IMG/VR virus record: IMGVR_UViG_3300036831_000125
Location: 2,515 to 66,514 of that record
Origin: a virus
Direction: 5' to 3' (one strand)
Length of the DNA stretch: 64,000 nucleotides
Of this stretch, positions 17,195 to 26,225 are shown one piece after another. The notes beneath the pieces are model-generated. The model saw nothing but the letters and a program-made list of their open reading frames with translations, ran no database searches and was not told the DNA's origin. A program made the position numbers and the translations under genes. Each line of letters opens with the position of its first letter. The stretch's first letter is position 1.

Positions 17195-18085
17195 ATGGAC
17201 GAGGTGAAATCCGCTGAACTCATCGAATCCAAAGCACAAACCATCTTCGTGCTTGGCCGCACAGGAGGCGGCAAAACGGCACAAATCGTCACCCTCCCAG
17301 GGAAGAAATTCGTCTATGTCTGGGAGCCCAACGCGATGGAGACTCTGCGCGGGTATAAGGGAATCGATTATCTCGATTTCATCCCGCAGGAAGACGAACT
17401 CGAAATCGCGCTCAAGGGGTTCAATCAAAACTCGCTGAACGATCGCAAGGGGAGTAAAGAGCCCAAGACCTTCGAACGCTGGCGGCATGATTACGGCGAG
17501 CGGCGTAAATCCGGGTTCTTCCAGCAGTACGACTGGGTCTGCATCGATTCCTTCACCTTCATGGTATCGGCGATGATCGAGCGCCAGATGTTTCTCGATA
17601 AGCGCAACGGCGAACCGCCGGACATGGGCGATTACCGTGTCGTGGGTGATTCGCTCCGGCGCATCGTGCTTTCGATGCAGGCGCTCAAAGTCAATCTATT
17701 TTTCACCGGGCATTTGTCGGAATACCAAAACGAGAAGACGAAGATCATCACGGTGCAAGCGAACCTGCCCGGCCAATCTCGCACTCTCATCCCGCTCGGC
17801 TGCACCAACATCTGGCAGTGCGAGCATAACGGCGAAGCAAGCAAGGATTTCGTGATTCGGACCAAACCCGATTCACGCGGTCTGCGCGAGCTCCGCACCA
17901 CCATTCCGAATCTTAAAGAGTTCGAAAACGTCACCATCCCAGTTGATGCCGCGGGGCGATTCGTCAATCCAGAAAAGCACGGCATCGGTGCGCTTCTTAT
18001 GAGCGGCAAGAAGCCAGCGCCCGCAGCACCGAGCAAGCCTCCGCCGCCGCCTACTACCGCCGCTGCGGCGAAGATCACTGCCTAG
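17195..18085 (+). CDS. Sak4-like / AAA_24 RecA-fold ATPase
   Basis: GRTGGGKT Walker A, VCIDSFT Walker B, TGH; adjacent to an SSB gene. Confidence 0.8.
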   Translation: MDEVKSAELIESKAQTIFVLGRTGGGKTAQIVTLPGKKFVYVWEPNAMETLRGYKGIDYLDFIPQEDELEIALKGFNQNSLNDRKGSKEPKTFERWRHDYGERRKSGFFQQYDWVCIDSFTFMVSAMIERQMFLDKRNGEPPDMGDYRVVGDSLRRIVLSMQALKVNLFFTGHLSEYQNEKTKIITVQANLPGQSRTLIPLGCTNIWQCEHNGEASKDFVIRTKPDSRGLRELRTTIPNLKEFENVTIPVDAAGRFVNPEKHGIGALLMSGKKPAPAAPSKPPPPPTTAAAAKITA

Positions 18086-18140
18086 CTAGCCACCTAGCCT
18101 CCATCGCAATCAACAAGTGCATTTGTAGGAGAATCACATC

Positions 18141-18578
18141 ATGTCTATTATCACTGCCGAAGAATTGGGCGCCGATTATGAAGACGTCCCGGCACCCGAA
18201 GGCGAATACAGCGTGCGCATTCAAAAAGCCGAGGTCACAGACACCAAAGACGGCTTACGGCAGCGGCTTAAATTCGGTGCCATCATCGAAGGAGGCGATT
18301 ACGCCTATCTCAGCGATGGGCTGAATTTCCCGCTCAAAGAAGGCGGCGATGATAATTACCGCCGCATCTGTCGCGATTTCAGCAGATTCTTTGCGCTCTT
18401 CGGAGTGTCGAACGAGATCCAGATCGACAAAGACGACGAAGCCAAAACGCTCAGCATTGTTAATGAAGCAGAGATCCCGCAGATCCTCGCCGGCAAGAGC
18501 GCCAATGTGTGGCTGGAGCAAAAGGCCGGCATGAGCGCGAACGAAACTGTCAATCGAATGAGGTTGCCGAAACGCTAA
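18141..18578 (+). CDS. DUF669-like single-stranded DNA-binding protein
   Basis: PAPEGEY.V.I..AE pattern; follows the Sak4-like gene; AGGAG SD. Confidence 0.7.
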   Translation: MSIITAEELGADYEDVPAPEGEYSVRIQKAEVTDTKDGLRQRLKFGAIIEGGDYAYLSDGLNFPLKEGGDDNYRRICRDFSRFFALFGVSNEIQIDKDDEAKTLSIVNEAEIPQILAGKSANVWLEQKAGMSANETVNRMRLPKR

Positions 18579-18689
18579 GCTGAGGTGCTACAATAAGGAA
18601 GAAGGGCTTATTTGACCTTCGGCGTGGCATCCCCGCCCAGCGCCGGCTCGGGACGATAGGCTCTTCTTCCACCCGCTTGGGAGAGCACG

Positions 18690-19034
18690 ATGAGCAGCGA
18701 TGACAGCGATAAAGATAAACTGACGAAGATCTGGGATCAGGCGTTCGAGAACATCAATGTCGCCGTCCCGATCGGGCGGAATGTGTTCTGCGACGGCTGT
18801 AGCTGGGATTGGACCGAGCGCACCGAGACCGGCGGGTTTATTTTCGGGAGCTATGCCTACTGCCCGACCTGCGCGCCTGTCATGCTGCGGGGCATCAAGA
18901 GTCATAACGAAGAGCAATACATCAAAGGCTTCTGCCCGCCGAGCCAGAGCTTCGCCGATTGGTGCCGCGAGATGCGCGGGCCGGATGCGTCGATCAAGGT
19001 GTCGGTTTACAACAAGCCGCCAGCAAAGCTGTGA
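18690..19034 (+). CDS. Zn-finger hypothetical protein
   Basis: CDGC...CPTC; CTTGGGAG SD. Confidence 0.7.
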   Translation: MSSDDSDKDKLTKIWDQAFENINVAVPIGRNVFCDGCSWDWTERTETGGFIFGSYAYCPTCAPVMLRGIKSHNEEQYIKGFCPPSQSFADWCREMRGPDASIKVSVYNKPPAKL

Positions 19035-19315
19035 ACAACCCGAAGATCTCCTCCATCGCGTCACAGAAGCTCGCTAAGCTCTGCCAGCCGCATGGCCTGC
19101 ATGAGATGAGCGACGAGGCTGCGCTGGCGCTGGTGGAGGGGCTTCGCGAGACGAGGTTGCAGGCAAGAGCGAAAATGAAGGTCAAGAAGGTGAAGGCGCC
19201 GAAGATCGCGAAGCCGCCCAAGCCGCCCAAGCCGCCCAAGCCGCCCAAAGTGCCGAAAGAAAAGAAGCCCAGAGCCCCGCGAAAGAAGAAAGACAAAAAT
19301 GCCGTCGTCGAATGA
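19031..19315 (+). CDS. Lys/Pro-rich basic protein with (KPP)4 repeat
   Basis: GTGA coupling; AAGCCGCCC tandem repeat near 19211-19246. Confidence 0.6.
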   Translation: MNNPKISSIASQKLAKLCQPHGLHEMSDEAALALVEGLRETRLQARAKMKVKKVKAPKIAKPPKPPKPPKPPKVPKEKKPRAPRKKKDKNAVVE

Positions 19316-19685
19316 AAAACGCTCTGAACGCCGTGCTGCTCTCCGCGCCGCCCGTGCCGACCGGCTGACTCTAATCGCCGCCGCGGTCGCTCAGCCCGAG
19401 CTGGCGACACCTGATCCGCATACCTTTCGCGCCACGCCCAGCGCGCAGGTTAGCACTGTCGCGCCGGAGGTCGGCAAAGCCTACAAGCTGCGCAATGGCG
19501 ACGTTGTCCGGGTCACGCTGAAGCGCAACGCGATCTCGCTGGACGGCAAGACTCTCGAACCTGTGCTGGTAGGGGTGTTTCGCGAGGGCGGCGGGCTGTG
19601 CGCCTGGTGGCCGAATGGCGTGTATCGCGCGAGTAGCGGGCTGATTCCTTACGACTACGATGTGGTTGAGGAGTGCCCGCTATGA
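19299..19685 (+). CDS. hypothetical protein with SH3/KOW-like C-terminal part
   Basis: EVGKAYKLRNG..V.V pattern. Confidence 0.6.
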   Translation: MPSSNEKRSERRAALRAARADRLTLIAAAVAQPELATPDPHTFRATPSAQVSTVAPEVGKAYKLRNGDVVRVTLKRNAISLDGKTLEPVLVGVFREGGGLCAWWPNGVYRASSGLIPYDYDVVEECPL

Positions 19686-19948
19686 CGCTGAAGACCTCTT
19701 TGCACAAGCCAACCATCGATCAGCAAGCCTTTCGCAACGACGCTGTAAGGCTGTTGAATGAGTACGCCGGCAAGCTCTCAGCCGTCGAAATGCTCGCGCT
19801 GGGCTCGCATCTCGTCGGGCAGATCCTCGCGCTCCAAGACCACCGCAGCATGACGCCCGACCGCGCCATGGAGATCGTTAAACAGAATATCGAGCAAGGG
19901 AACCGCGAGGTTGTGGATGAGATGATGGCGAGCAAGGGGAAGGCGTGA
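19682..19948 (+). CDS. conserved phage hypothetical protein
   Basis: GAGGAG SD; coupled start. Confidence 0.7.
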   Translation: MTLKTSLHKPTIDQQAFRNDAVRLLNEYAGKLSAVEMLALGSHLVGQILALQDHRSMTPDRAMEIVKQNIEQGNREVVDEMMASKGKA

Positions 19949-19958
19949 GGCAGAGCCG

Positions 19959-20309
19959 ATGAAGCTTGTTGTAGTGGAAAGTCCGTTCGCAGGTGCTGTG
20001 AAGCTGAATCTCGAATATGCCCGCGCCTGCATTCGTGACAGCCTTATGCGCGGCGAAGCGCCGTTCGCTTCTCACATCCTCTATACCGGCGTGCTGCACG
20101 ATGATGATTCCATGGAGCGCGAACTCGGCATGACCGCCGGCTTCATGTGGAGTCTGCACGCCACCCTTACCGCCGTCTATCAGGATCGCGGCATCAGCAA
20201 TGGCATGCGGCTGGGGATCGCCGCCGCCGAAAAGGCGAATCGCCCGATCGAGTACCGCAGCCTCAAAGGCTGGGGCTCGAACGTGCGCAACATCGGGGAG
20301 AAGACATGA
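19959..20309 (+). CDS. conserved phage protein, possible nucleoside deoxyribosyltransferase-like fold
   Basis: ESPFAG...YAR...DSL.RGEAPFASH..Y...L.D....ER..G...GISNGM..GI; fold is an inference. Confidence 0.6.
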   Translation: MKLVVVESPFAGAVKLNLEYARACIRDSLMRGEAPFASHILYTGVLHDDDSMERELGMTAGFMWSLHATLTAVYQDRGISNGMRLGIAAAEKANRPIEYRSLKGWGSNVRNIGEKT

Positions 20310-20310
20310 C

Positions 20311-20532
20311 ATGAAGACCTACACGCATCAGGATCTCGAAGCTGTCGTGGCGCATTTCGAGAGCGTTGCGGCGGATTATGTCCGGACCTCGCTGCGGACG
20401 CATAACGTCAACGTCATTCAGCGGCGCAGGGACCAAGCGGCAGCGTTCCGGCGGGCGGCCGAGCTGCTGCGCATGACGATTGAGCCGAGCGCTGAGATCC
20501 AGCCTGAGCCGCTGCTGCGGGCTCGTGGTTGA
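20311..20532 (+). CDS. hypothetical protein
   Basis: GGGGAG SD. Confidence 0.55.
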   Translation: MKTYTHQDLEAVVAHFESVAADYVRTSLRTHNVNVIQRRRDQAAAFRRAAELLRMTIEPSAEIQPEPLLRARG

Positions 20533-20831
20533 TGCCCCAACCGACCAAAATTGTCTGGCGCGAATGGTTCAACAAAGCGGCGGTCGCGAAAATGACCGAG
20601 ATGGGAACGTTGCCACGCCGAGAGACCTACATCGATACAAGATTCTCCGACGGCTGTGGTATCGCCGAGGAAATCGCGAAATCGGCAAATAATGAGGATT
20701 ATGAGATGTTCGCTAAAAGCGGAGACGTCCTTGTGATCTTAGAGCCGGAGGAGTTTGCTGGGGCTTATCAAATCGAGGTCGACTTCGATCCGAACTTCAC
20801 CGCAATCACGCATGAAGCTGATCTCGAATGA
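20529..20831 (+). CDS. acidic hypothetical protein
   Basis: Coupled at both ends. Confidence 0.6.
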   Translation: MMPQPTKIVWREWFNKAAVAKMTEMGTLPRRETYIDTRFSDGCGIAEEIAKSANNEDYEMFAKSGDVLVILEPEEFAGAYQIEVDFDPNFTAITHEADLE

Positions 20832-22534
20832 CGTCGGCGTTTGAGGAAGGCGACCCAGCCACCGCTCGCATTGCCATTGTCGGCGAAGCCCCAAGCTACA
20901 CCGAAATCCGCTCTGACCAGCCCTTCGTCGGACCATCCGGCCATCTTCTCAACCAACTCCTGCAAGCGGGGCAAATCCGCCGTGCCGACTGCTACATCAC
21001 GAACGTCTTCGAAACCGAAGTCAAAAAGCCCAAAAAAGACGCCAGCAAGATCTTCTCGCAAAACGACGTCCTCCTCTGGACCGCGAAGAAAGGCTTCACC
21101 GAAGCTGGATTCGAGGCTTCGCGCGGATGCAGAGAACGCATTGCACGGTGCGCAGCGAATGTTATCTGCACTCTCGGGGCACCTGCTCTGCATCGCTTTG
21201 TCGATGTCCGCTCTATTAGCAAATGGCGGGGGAGCATTATCGAAGGGAGCGATGGGGAAAGGAAAAGGAAAGTCGTCGCGAGCTTCCACCCGAGCTATGC
21301 GCTCCAAGGCGCCTATGAAGCGCGCTACATCATTGCTGCCGACTTTAAGCGAGTCAAAGCGGAGAGCGTCGAGCCAGCCATTCGATATGATGTGCGCGAA
21401 CTGCGGATCGATCCATCATTCGACGAGTGCATGTCCTTCTTACGACGTGCCCTCGACGCGCCAGCCATCAACACGGACATAGAGCTGCTGAACGGCAGCG
21501 TTGATTGCTTCTCGATCGCGCTTTCCCCAACTGAAGCCATCACCATCCCGCTGCTAGACGTGGGCTTCGATCATCGTTGGACGGCAGACGAAGAGCGCCA
21601 GATCTGGCAAGGATACGCGGCGCTGATCGCCGCGCCGCACATCACGAAAATCAATCAAAACATCGCCTTCGACCTGGCAGTGCTGCTGCAGCTGAACAGG
21701 ATTCTTCCCGCCGGGCCGATCGCCGACTGCATGGTCGCGTTCAGCGTCATGAATCCCTTCCTCAAGAAATCCCTCGGCCTCATCAGCTCGCTCTACACCC
21801 GCGAGCCCTATTACAAAGATGATGGCGAGCTGCATGACTCCGTCGGAATTGATGATTTCAAGCGGCGGTGGCTTTATTGCGCGAAAGACTCTGTCGTGTC
21901 GCTGGAGAGCTGGCAGAAGCTCGATCGCGAGCTGGACGAAAAGGGGTATCGCAGCACCTATGACATGACAATGAATCTCGTGCCCTCACTGATCTGGATG
22001 ATGGTGCGCGGGTTGCGTGTGAACTCGCCCGCGTTGCTTAAAACCAAGCACGATACGCAAGAAAAGATCGCCGCGCTGATGGCGCGCATGGCGGAGAGCT
22101 TCGGCCGGCCGATCATTAATCGGGCGCCGAAAACCGCTGCTGAAAAGCGCGCTGTGGCGGCGAGCGGGGCTATCAATATCAATTCGCAGAAGCAGCTCTG
22201 TGCGTATTTTTACGAAGAAAAGAAGCTCCGGCCGTATATCGGGGATTCTGGCGCCCAGACGTGTGATGACCTCGCGCTTTCCCGCATCATCCGGCGCGAT
22301 GGGCTGCACGAGGCGAAGCTCCTGCAAGACTACCGCACCCTCAACACGCTGCTGACGCGGTATTTGGATATTAATTTCGACGCCGACGGCCGGGTGCGGT
22401 GTTCGTGGAATCCGCGCGGCACCTGGACGGGGCGGTTGAGCAGCAGCCAAACCGTGTTCGACACGGGCGGGAATTTACAAAATCTTCCCTACGACGTGCG
22501 CACCTTCATGGAGAGCGATTACGCCGATGCTTGA
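20828..22534 (+). CDS. polA: family A DNA polymerase, N-terminal part: UDG (family 4-like), 3'-5' exonuclease, thumb
   Basis: VGEAP...PFVGPSG..L...YITNV...HPS (UDG); DIE, N...FD, Y...D (Exo I-III); TWTGRLSS and NLQNLP, then stop before motif A. Confidence 0.92.
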   Translation: MTSAFEEGDPATARIAIVGEAPSYTEIRSDQPFVGPSGHLLNQLLQAGQIRRADCYITNVFETEVKKPKKDASKIFSQNDVLLWTAKKGFTEAGFEASRGCRERIARCAANVICTLGAPALHRFVDVRSISKWRGSIIEGSDGERKRKVVASFHPSYALQGAYEARYIIAADFKRVKAESVEPAIRYDVRELRIDPSFDECMSFLRRALDAPAINTDIELLNGSVDCFSIALSPTEAITIPLLDVGFDHRWTADEERQIWQGYAALIAAPHITKINQNIAFDLAVLLQLNRILPAGPIADCMVAFSVMNPFLKKSLGLISSLYTREPYYKDDGELHDSVGIDDFKRRWLYCAKDSVVSLESWQKLDRELDEKGYRSTYDMTMNLVPSLIWMMVRGLRVNSPALLKTKHDTQEKIAALMARMAESFGRPIINRAPKTAAEKRAVAASGAININSQKQLCAYFYEEKKLRPYIGDSGAQTCDDLALSRIIRRDGLHEAKLLQDYRTLNTLLTRYLDINFDADGRVRCSWNPRGTWTGRLSSSQTVFDTGGNLQNLPYDVRTFMESDYADA

Positions 22535-22637
22535 ATTGACCTCGGAAACCTATGCCGGCCTGTGGTTTTGGCTTGGCTTCATGATGGGCGTGTTCTTTTA
22601 TCAGACTGTCAGACTCATCATCGACCGTTGCAAGTGA
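22527..22637 (+). CDS. 36-aa single-TM peptide between the polA halves
   Basis: MLELTSETYAGLWFWLGFMMGVFFYQTVRLIIDRCK; GGAGAG SD; overlaps the polA-N stop. Confidence 0.5.
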   Translation: MLELTSETYAGLWFWLGFMMGVFFYQTVRLIIDRCK

Positions 22638-22649
22638 ACGATTACGCTG

Positions 22650-22901
22650 ATGCCGCATCAGAGATTTAGAATCGATCGCGATGACAGCCGGATGTATGCG
22701 ACGTCGGTCGAATGGTGCGTGGTCGATCGGCGGCAGATGATTGAGGTTATGTGGTTTAAGCAGGTGCGCGAGGCGGAGTGGGTGTGTGAGGCGCTGAATC
22801 GCAAGGAAGATCTCGAAAACCTTAAGCGCGCATATCGGGCCCATATTAAGGAGCGCGGCGGCATGTTTTATGGCATAGGCGGTAAAGCAAATGCTGCTTG
22901 A
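22650..22901 (+). CDS. 83-aa hypothetical protein between the polA halves
   Basis: ORF track; stop overlaps the polA-C start. Confidence 0.6.
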   Translation: MPHQRFRIDRDDSRMYATSVEWCVVDRRQMIEVMWFKQVREAEWVCEALNRKEDLENLKRAYRAHIKERGGMFYGIGGKANAA

Positions 22902-23826
22902 GTTCGACCTCGCTGGAGCTGACTGGTTCGTTACCGCTTTCGTCGCGCGCGAGCCGAACATGATAGCCGTCTTCCGCGCTGGGAAATCGCCACATCCCGT
23001 GACCGGCGCGCGCCTCACCGGCCTCTCGGAAGATCTCATTAAAGCCGAAGACAAAATGCTCGCGAAGCTGGTCGACTCGGGCGAGCGCATGGACCAAGAC
23101 GGCATCGCTCGGATGCGGCGCGAGCATTTCCCCGAGATCCTCGCAGCGCCCTGGTTCCCGCGCACCTTCTCGATCCGCCAAGCCGCGAAGAAGGCCAATC
23201 ATGGGCTGAACTACCGGCTGCAATACAAGACCTATTCGCTGAAGAACGAGATCCCTGAACGCGAAGCGAAGCAGGTCATCGATCTGTACCGCAAAAAAGC
23301 CTATCCGGGGCTCGCGGTTTCGGCGCGCGGGAATTTATGTTGGTACGACAGAATCGACAAGCAAATCCGCGACACACGGACGATGAAGAACTGCTTCGGC
23401 CGAACGGTGTATTTCAGTGGGGCGCTGGACGATGACACCTTTCGCGAAGCGACGTCATTCGTGCCGCAGAGCACGGTGTTCGATGTTACTGGGCGGGCGA
23501 TGCATTTGATGATGGAAGATGATTCAGCGGATTTCGCGCCGGCTGAAAAGCTCGCCCAGGTGCATGATTCGCTGTTGTTTCAATATCTGAGTCTCGATTT
23601 TGCAGCGATGGCACGATTCGCGATTAAATTCGGGCTCGATTACATGTCGCCGACGCTGGACTACGGCGAGCCTTTTACGCTGGGCGTTGGGCTGAAGGTG
23701 GGCAGGAATTGGGGCGGTCTGAAAGAAATTAAGCTGACGCCCGATGTTGAGGCGCTGACAGGAGAATTTCGCAGAGTCTGGGAAGAAACCGCAGGGCGAG
23801 CGCCGCCGCTTACTTTAGCGGCATAA
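22891..23826 (+). CDS. polA: family A DNA polymerase, C-terminal catalytic part (palm/fingers)
   Basis: Motif A EFDLAGADW, motif B RQAAKKANHGLNY, motif C QVHDSL. Confidence 0.92.
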   Translation: MLLEFDLAGADWFVTAFVAREPNMIAVFRAGKSPHPVTGARLTGLSEDLIKAEDKMLAKLVDSGERMDQDGIARMRREHFPEILAAPWFPRTFSIRQAAKKANHGLNYRLQYKTYSLKNEIPEREAKQVIDLYRKKAYPGLAVSARGNLCWYDRIDKQIRDTRTMKNCFGRTVYFSGALDDDTFREATSFVPQSTVFDVTGRAMHLMMEDDSADFAPAEKLAQVHDSLLFQYLSLDFAAMARFAIKFGLDYMSPTLDYGEPFTLGVGLKVGRNWGGLKEIKLTPDVEALTGEFRRVWEETAGRAPPLTLAA

Positions 23827-24013
23827 CCGAATCTGAATTATCGTTATTCGCGTCCTCCGGCCAGATCGGCACAGCGAAGATCTCCCAACGATTGAAGCTG
23901 TTTTTCAGCAGCGCTAGCGCCGCCCGCGCCTCGTGCTCTTCGACGAATGCCTGAATCGGCGGCGAGCGGCCTTCGTAGCCGTGATTGATGACGAGCACGA
24001 AGATCTGCTTCAT
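23810..24013 (-). CDS. hypothetical protein
   Basis: ORF track with start moved. Confidence 0.45.
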   Translation of the reverse strand: MKQIFVLVINHGYEGRSPPIQAFVEEHEARAALALLKNSFNRWEIFAVPIWPEDANNDNSDSVMPLK

Positions 24014-24100
24014 TTTAGGAAGAGCAGAAAGGGCAGATTCATGCCGACGAAATAGGTCATCATCAGCGCTATCCACCACCAAGGTATCTCCGTCATCGCC

Positions 24101-24604
24101 TCACCTCGCCGCCTGCATCAAAAACCCTAAATCACACTTCTCCGCCGCGTTCGCCAGCGCCTGCCGGCCTTGCCAGCCGATCGCCATCAGACACGTCCCC
24201 TGCGCAGGGGATTTCCCAGGCTCGCCATCATCGCCGATGAATTTGATCTTATATTTCACGAACAGAATCAGATCCATTTTCGGCGCGTATTCCTGCCACC
24301 AGGGCGCCGACGTCCGATCGGGCACCAGGCATATCCCATTACCATGTGCCACGAAGCGCTTCAGCCACGGCACCAGCCCATTTCGGCCGCCGAAGGGAGG
24401 GTTCATCCAGACCAACCCATGCCAGGGCTGATCGAGGCTGTCAGCGGTGAGGAACTGGGCGGCGGGTATCCAAGGGGTTTTGTCGCGGCCGGGGCTGGCG
24501 ACGTCCATGTCGAAGCGGACCCCGAGCGAAGAGAAGATGTAGCTGGGCGTATACCATTCGTCGGAGGCACCGACGGCTTGCTCATGCAGGGCCATTTTCT
24601 TCAT
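24101..24604 (-). CDS. phage DNA N6-adenine methyltransferase
   Basis: DEWYTP, FDMDVASP, WMNPPF catalytic motif, LVPDRTSAPW. Confidence 0.88.
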   Translation of the reverse strand: MKKMALHEQAVGASDEWYTPSYIFSSLGVRFDMDVASPGRDKTPWIPAAQFLTADSLDQPWHGLVWMNPPFGGRNGLVPWLKRFVAHGNGICLVPDRTSAPWWQEYAPKMDLILFVKYKIKFIGDDGEPGKSPAQGTCLMAIGWQGRQALANAAEKCDLGFLMQAAR

Positions 24605-24888
24605 CCATCCGATCGAACAGTCACTTCTACCAGCGCCACACCGCCGCCAGCATATCGCTTAAAGAGTTCCCGCACGGTGTCGTCTGGTACGCCAGCCCGC
24701 ACCCTCACCCCCTCGATCCAAAGCCAGTTCACCATGGCGCTGATCTCTGTTGGGCCGACTGTACGCATGAAGATCTCGTGCGTGTTCCGCACAGCCCAGC
24801 CGGAGGCTTTGAGCGGCAGGCGGACAGGGTGCGCATGCCGGCCCTTGTGCTCGCAATTCGGGTCAGTGCATTTCGCGAATTCAACCAT
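24601..24888 (-). CDS. hypothetical protein
   Basis: GAGGAG SD; coupled. Confidence 0.65.
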   Translation of the reverse strand: MVEFAKCTDPNCEHKGRHAHPVRLPLKASGWAVRNTHEIFMRTVGPTEISAMVNWLWIEGVRVRAGVPDDTVRELFKRYAGGGVALVEVTVRSDG

Positions 24889-25084
24889 TCTGCTCCTCGT
24901 CCTTTACAAAGCCATGTTGTATCAGCAGCTCTTGACCAACAGCATCCAGCGCGCCTTCAGCCGTCCGGCATTGATGCATCTGCGCCACATCCAGCATCTT
25001 CTGTGCCTCGTCTCCCAGCTTGCGCCAGCGCTTGATATGCCGCTCGATCAGCGCCAGCGTCATGCGGAGATCACGTTCGTCCAT
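24881..25084 (-). CDS. hypothetical protein
   Basis: Overlaps neighbours in operon fashion. Confidence 0.6.
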   Translation of the reverse strand: MDERDLRMTLALIERHIKRWRKLGDEAQKMLDVAQMHQCRTAEGALDAVGQELLIQHGFVKDEEQNG

Positions 25085-25508
25085 CGCCCAGCCCCGCGCT
25101 TAGCTTTTCTCTATCTCGACGCTTCACGTTCCCCACCGCTTCGCTCACTGTCGAATGATCTTTCCCAGCTGCGCGGGCGATCGTCACAACTCGATGGCCT
25201 TCTCTGTAAAGCCTTCGCCATACCGCTTGTCGTATAGCAGTATGTTCACGATCTCGGGCGTGCATCACATCGATGAATCTCAACCCAGCCCTCTCTGCCG
25301 CGCGCCTGATTCGCTCTTCATATCGCAGTTTCGCGATGCTCTTAGGCCAGGGCTTGTGCAGCTCAAGATACGTGGCGCGGTTATTGATCGCGCTGAGAGT
25401 GCGGTTGGGTAATTTGAGCGCCAGCTGCTTGCAGGGCATTTTCCCGAAGCATTCCAATAAGATCGCATCTTCTTCTTCTGTCCAGAATCCTTGCCGTTTC
25501 TTGTACAA
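25071..25508 (-). CDS. DNA-binding protein: Myb/SANT-like repeat plus DnaA-C-like HTH
   Basis: WTEEED..L.......LA.KL.NRT..AI..R; I....GKDHSTV; GGGGAG SD with TTG start. Confidence 0.7.
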   Translation of the reverse strand: MYKKRQGFWTEEEDAILLECFGKMPCKQLALKLPNRTLSAINNRATYLELHKPWPKSIAKLRYEERIRRAAERAGLRFIDVMHARDREHTAIRQAVWRRLYREGHRVVTIARAAGKDHSTVSEAVGNVKRRDREKLSAGLGDGRT

Positions 25509-25627
25509 GGCTCGCTCCCCTGCTCCCCCTAGGATATTAACAGCCCTATTGTAGGACTGCAGTTTTCATCGCGCAGGAAACTGTGCATAAATGCCCGCGA
25601 AGCACGGAGCAAGACGGGGAAGGTGAA

Positions 25628-26029
25628 ATGAGTCTCTACAACGCTATGTGCGGAATGAATCCCGCCACCGATCGACTCCTCGCTGCGATCAATCTCCCAC
25701 GCGAGACCATCCCGCGGTTTCGCGACGTCTGGATCAATGCGGATTTCACCGAGCTGACGGTGCACACGCGGACCGGCGGCGGAAACCGGCGCGAGTACGC
25801 GACGCAGAATGCGATGCTCACAGCGCATCCGCTTTACATGCGTGATGCCGATGATGCGTTCGACAGCACCTTCGCAGATTTCACTTTTCGGGTGCCGCAG
25901 GAAGAGGCGAAGAAGCTCAACGCCGAGATCGAGGATTTCGCTGACGATGTTCGCGCGCAGGTCATCGCGATGATCACCGAGAAGCCGCGAGAGAAATTCG
26001 ACAAGGTCATGGAGGCGTTGAAGAAATGA
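25628..26029 (+). CDS. conserved phage hypothetical protein (RFRD...TRTGGGNR...DD.FDSTFA)
   Basis: AAGGTGA SD. Confidence 0.75.
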   Translation: MSLYNAMCGMNPATDRLLAAINLPRETIPRFRDVWINADFTELTVHTRTGGGNRREYATQNAMLTAHPLYMRDADDAFDSTFADFTFRVPQEEAKKLNAEIEDFADDVRAQVIAMITEKPREKFDKVMEALKK

Positions 26030-26225
26030 TGTGTCTGAGATCCTGAACCGCTTGCTCTAGCCCTTTGATTGGGCAGTCCCCCATGTGTCCTCCGCGCGAG
26101 AGGATTCGGAAACACAAGCAGCACTCGTCTTCTGTAAGAAGCCCGAATTCACGCAGCGTAGCAAGCATGTCTTCGCTGGCTTTGATCGTTTCAGAGATCG
26201 CAGCAGCGTTAGTGCTGGCGCTCAC
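26007..26225 (-). CDS. hypothetical protein
   Basis: GTG start coupled to the kinase stop. Confidence 0.5.
   Translation of the reverse strand: MSASTNAAAISETIKASEDMLATLREFGLLTEDECCLCFRILSRGGHMGDCPIKGLEQAVQDLRHIISSTPP

Noticed and set aside
22532-22893. Canonical group I intron or intein in polA
   Set aside because: No P7 GACUA/UAGUC pairing or S motif found; no intein Cys...His-Asn ends; the gap is filled by two ORFs. Kept only as an alternative to test
24101-24604. Restriction-modification system
   Set aside because: Orphan methyltransferase with no adjacent recognisable restriction endonuclease
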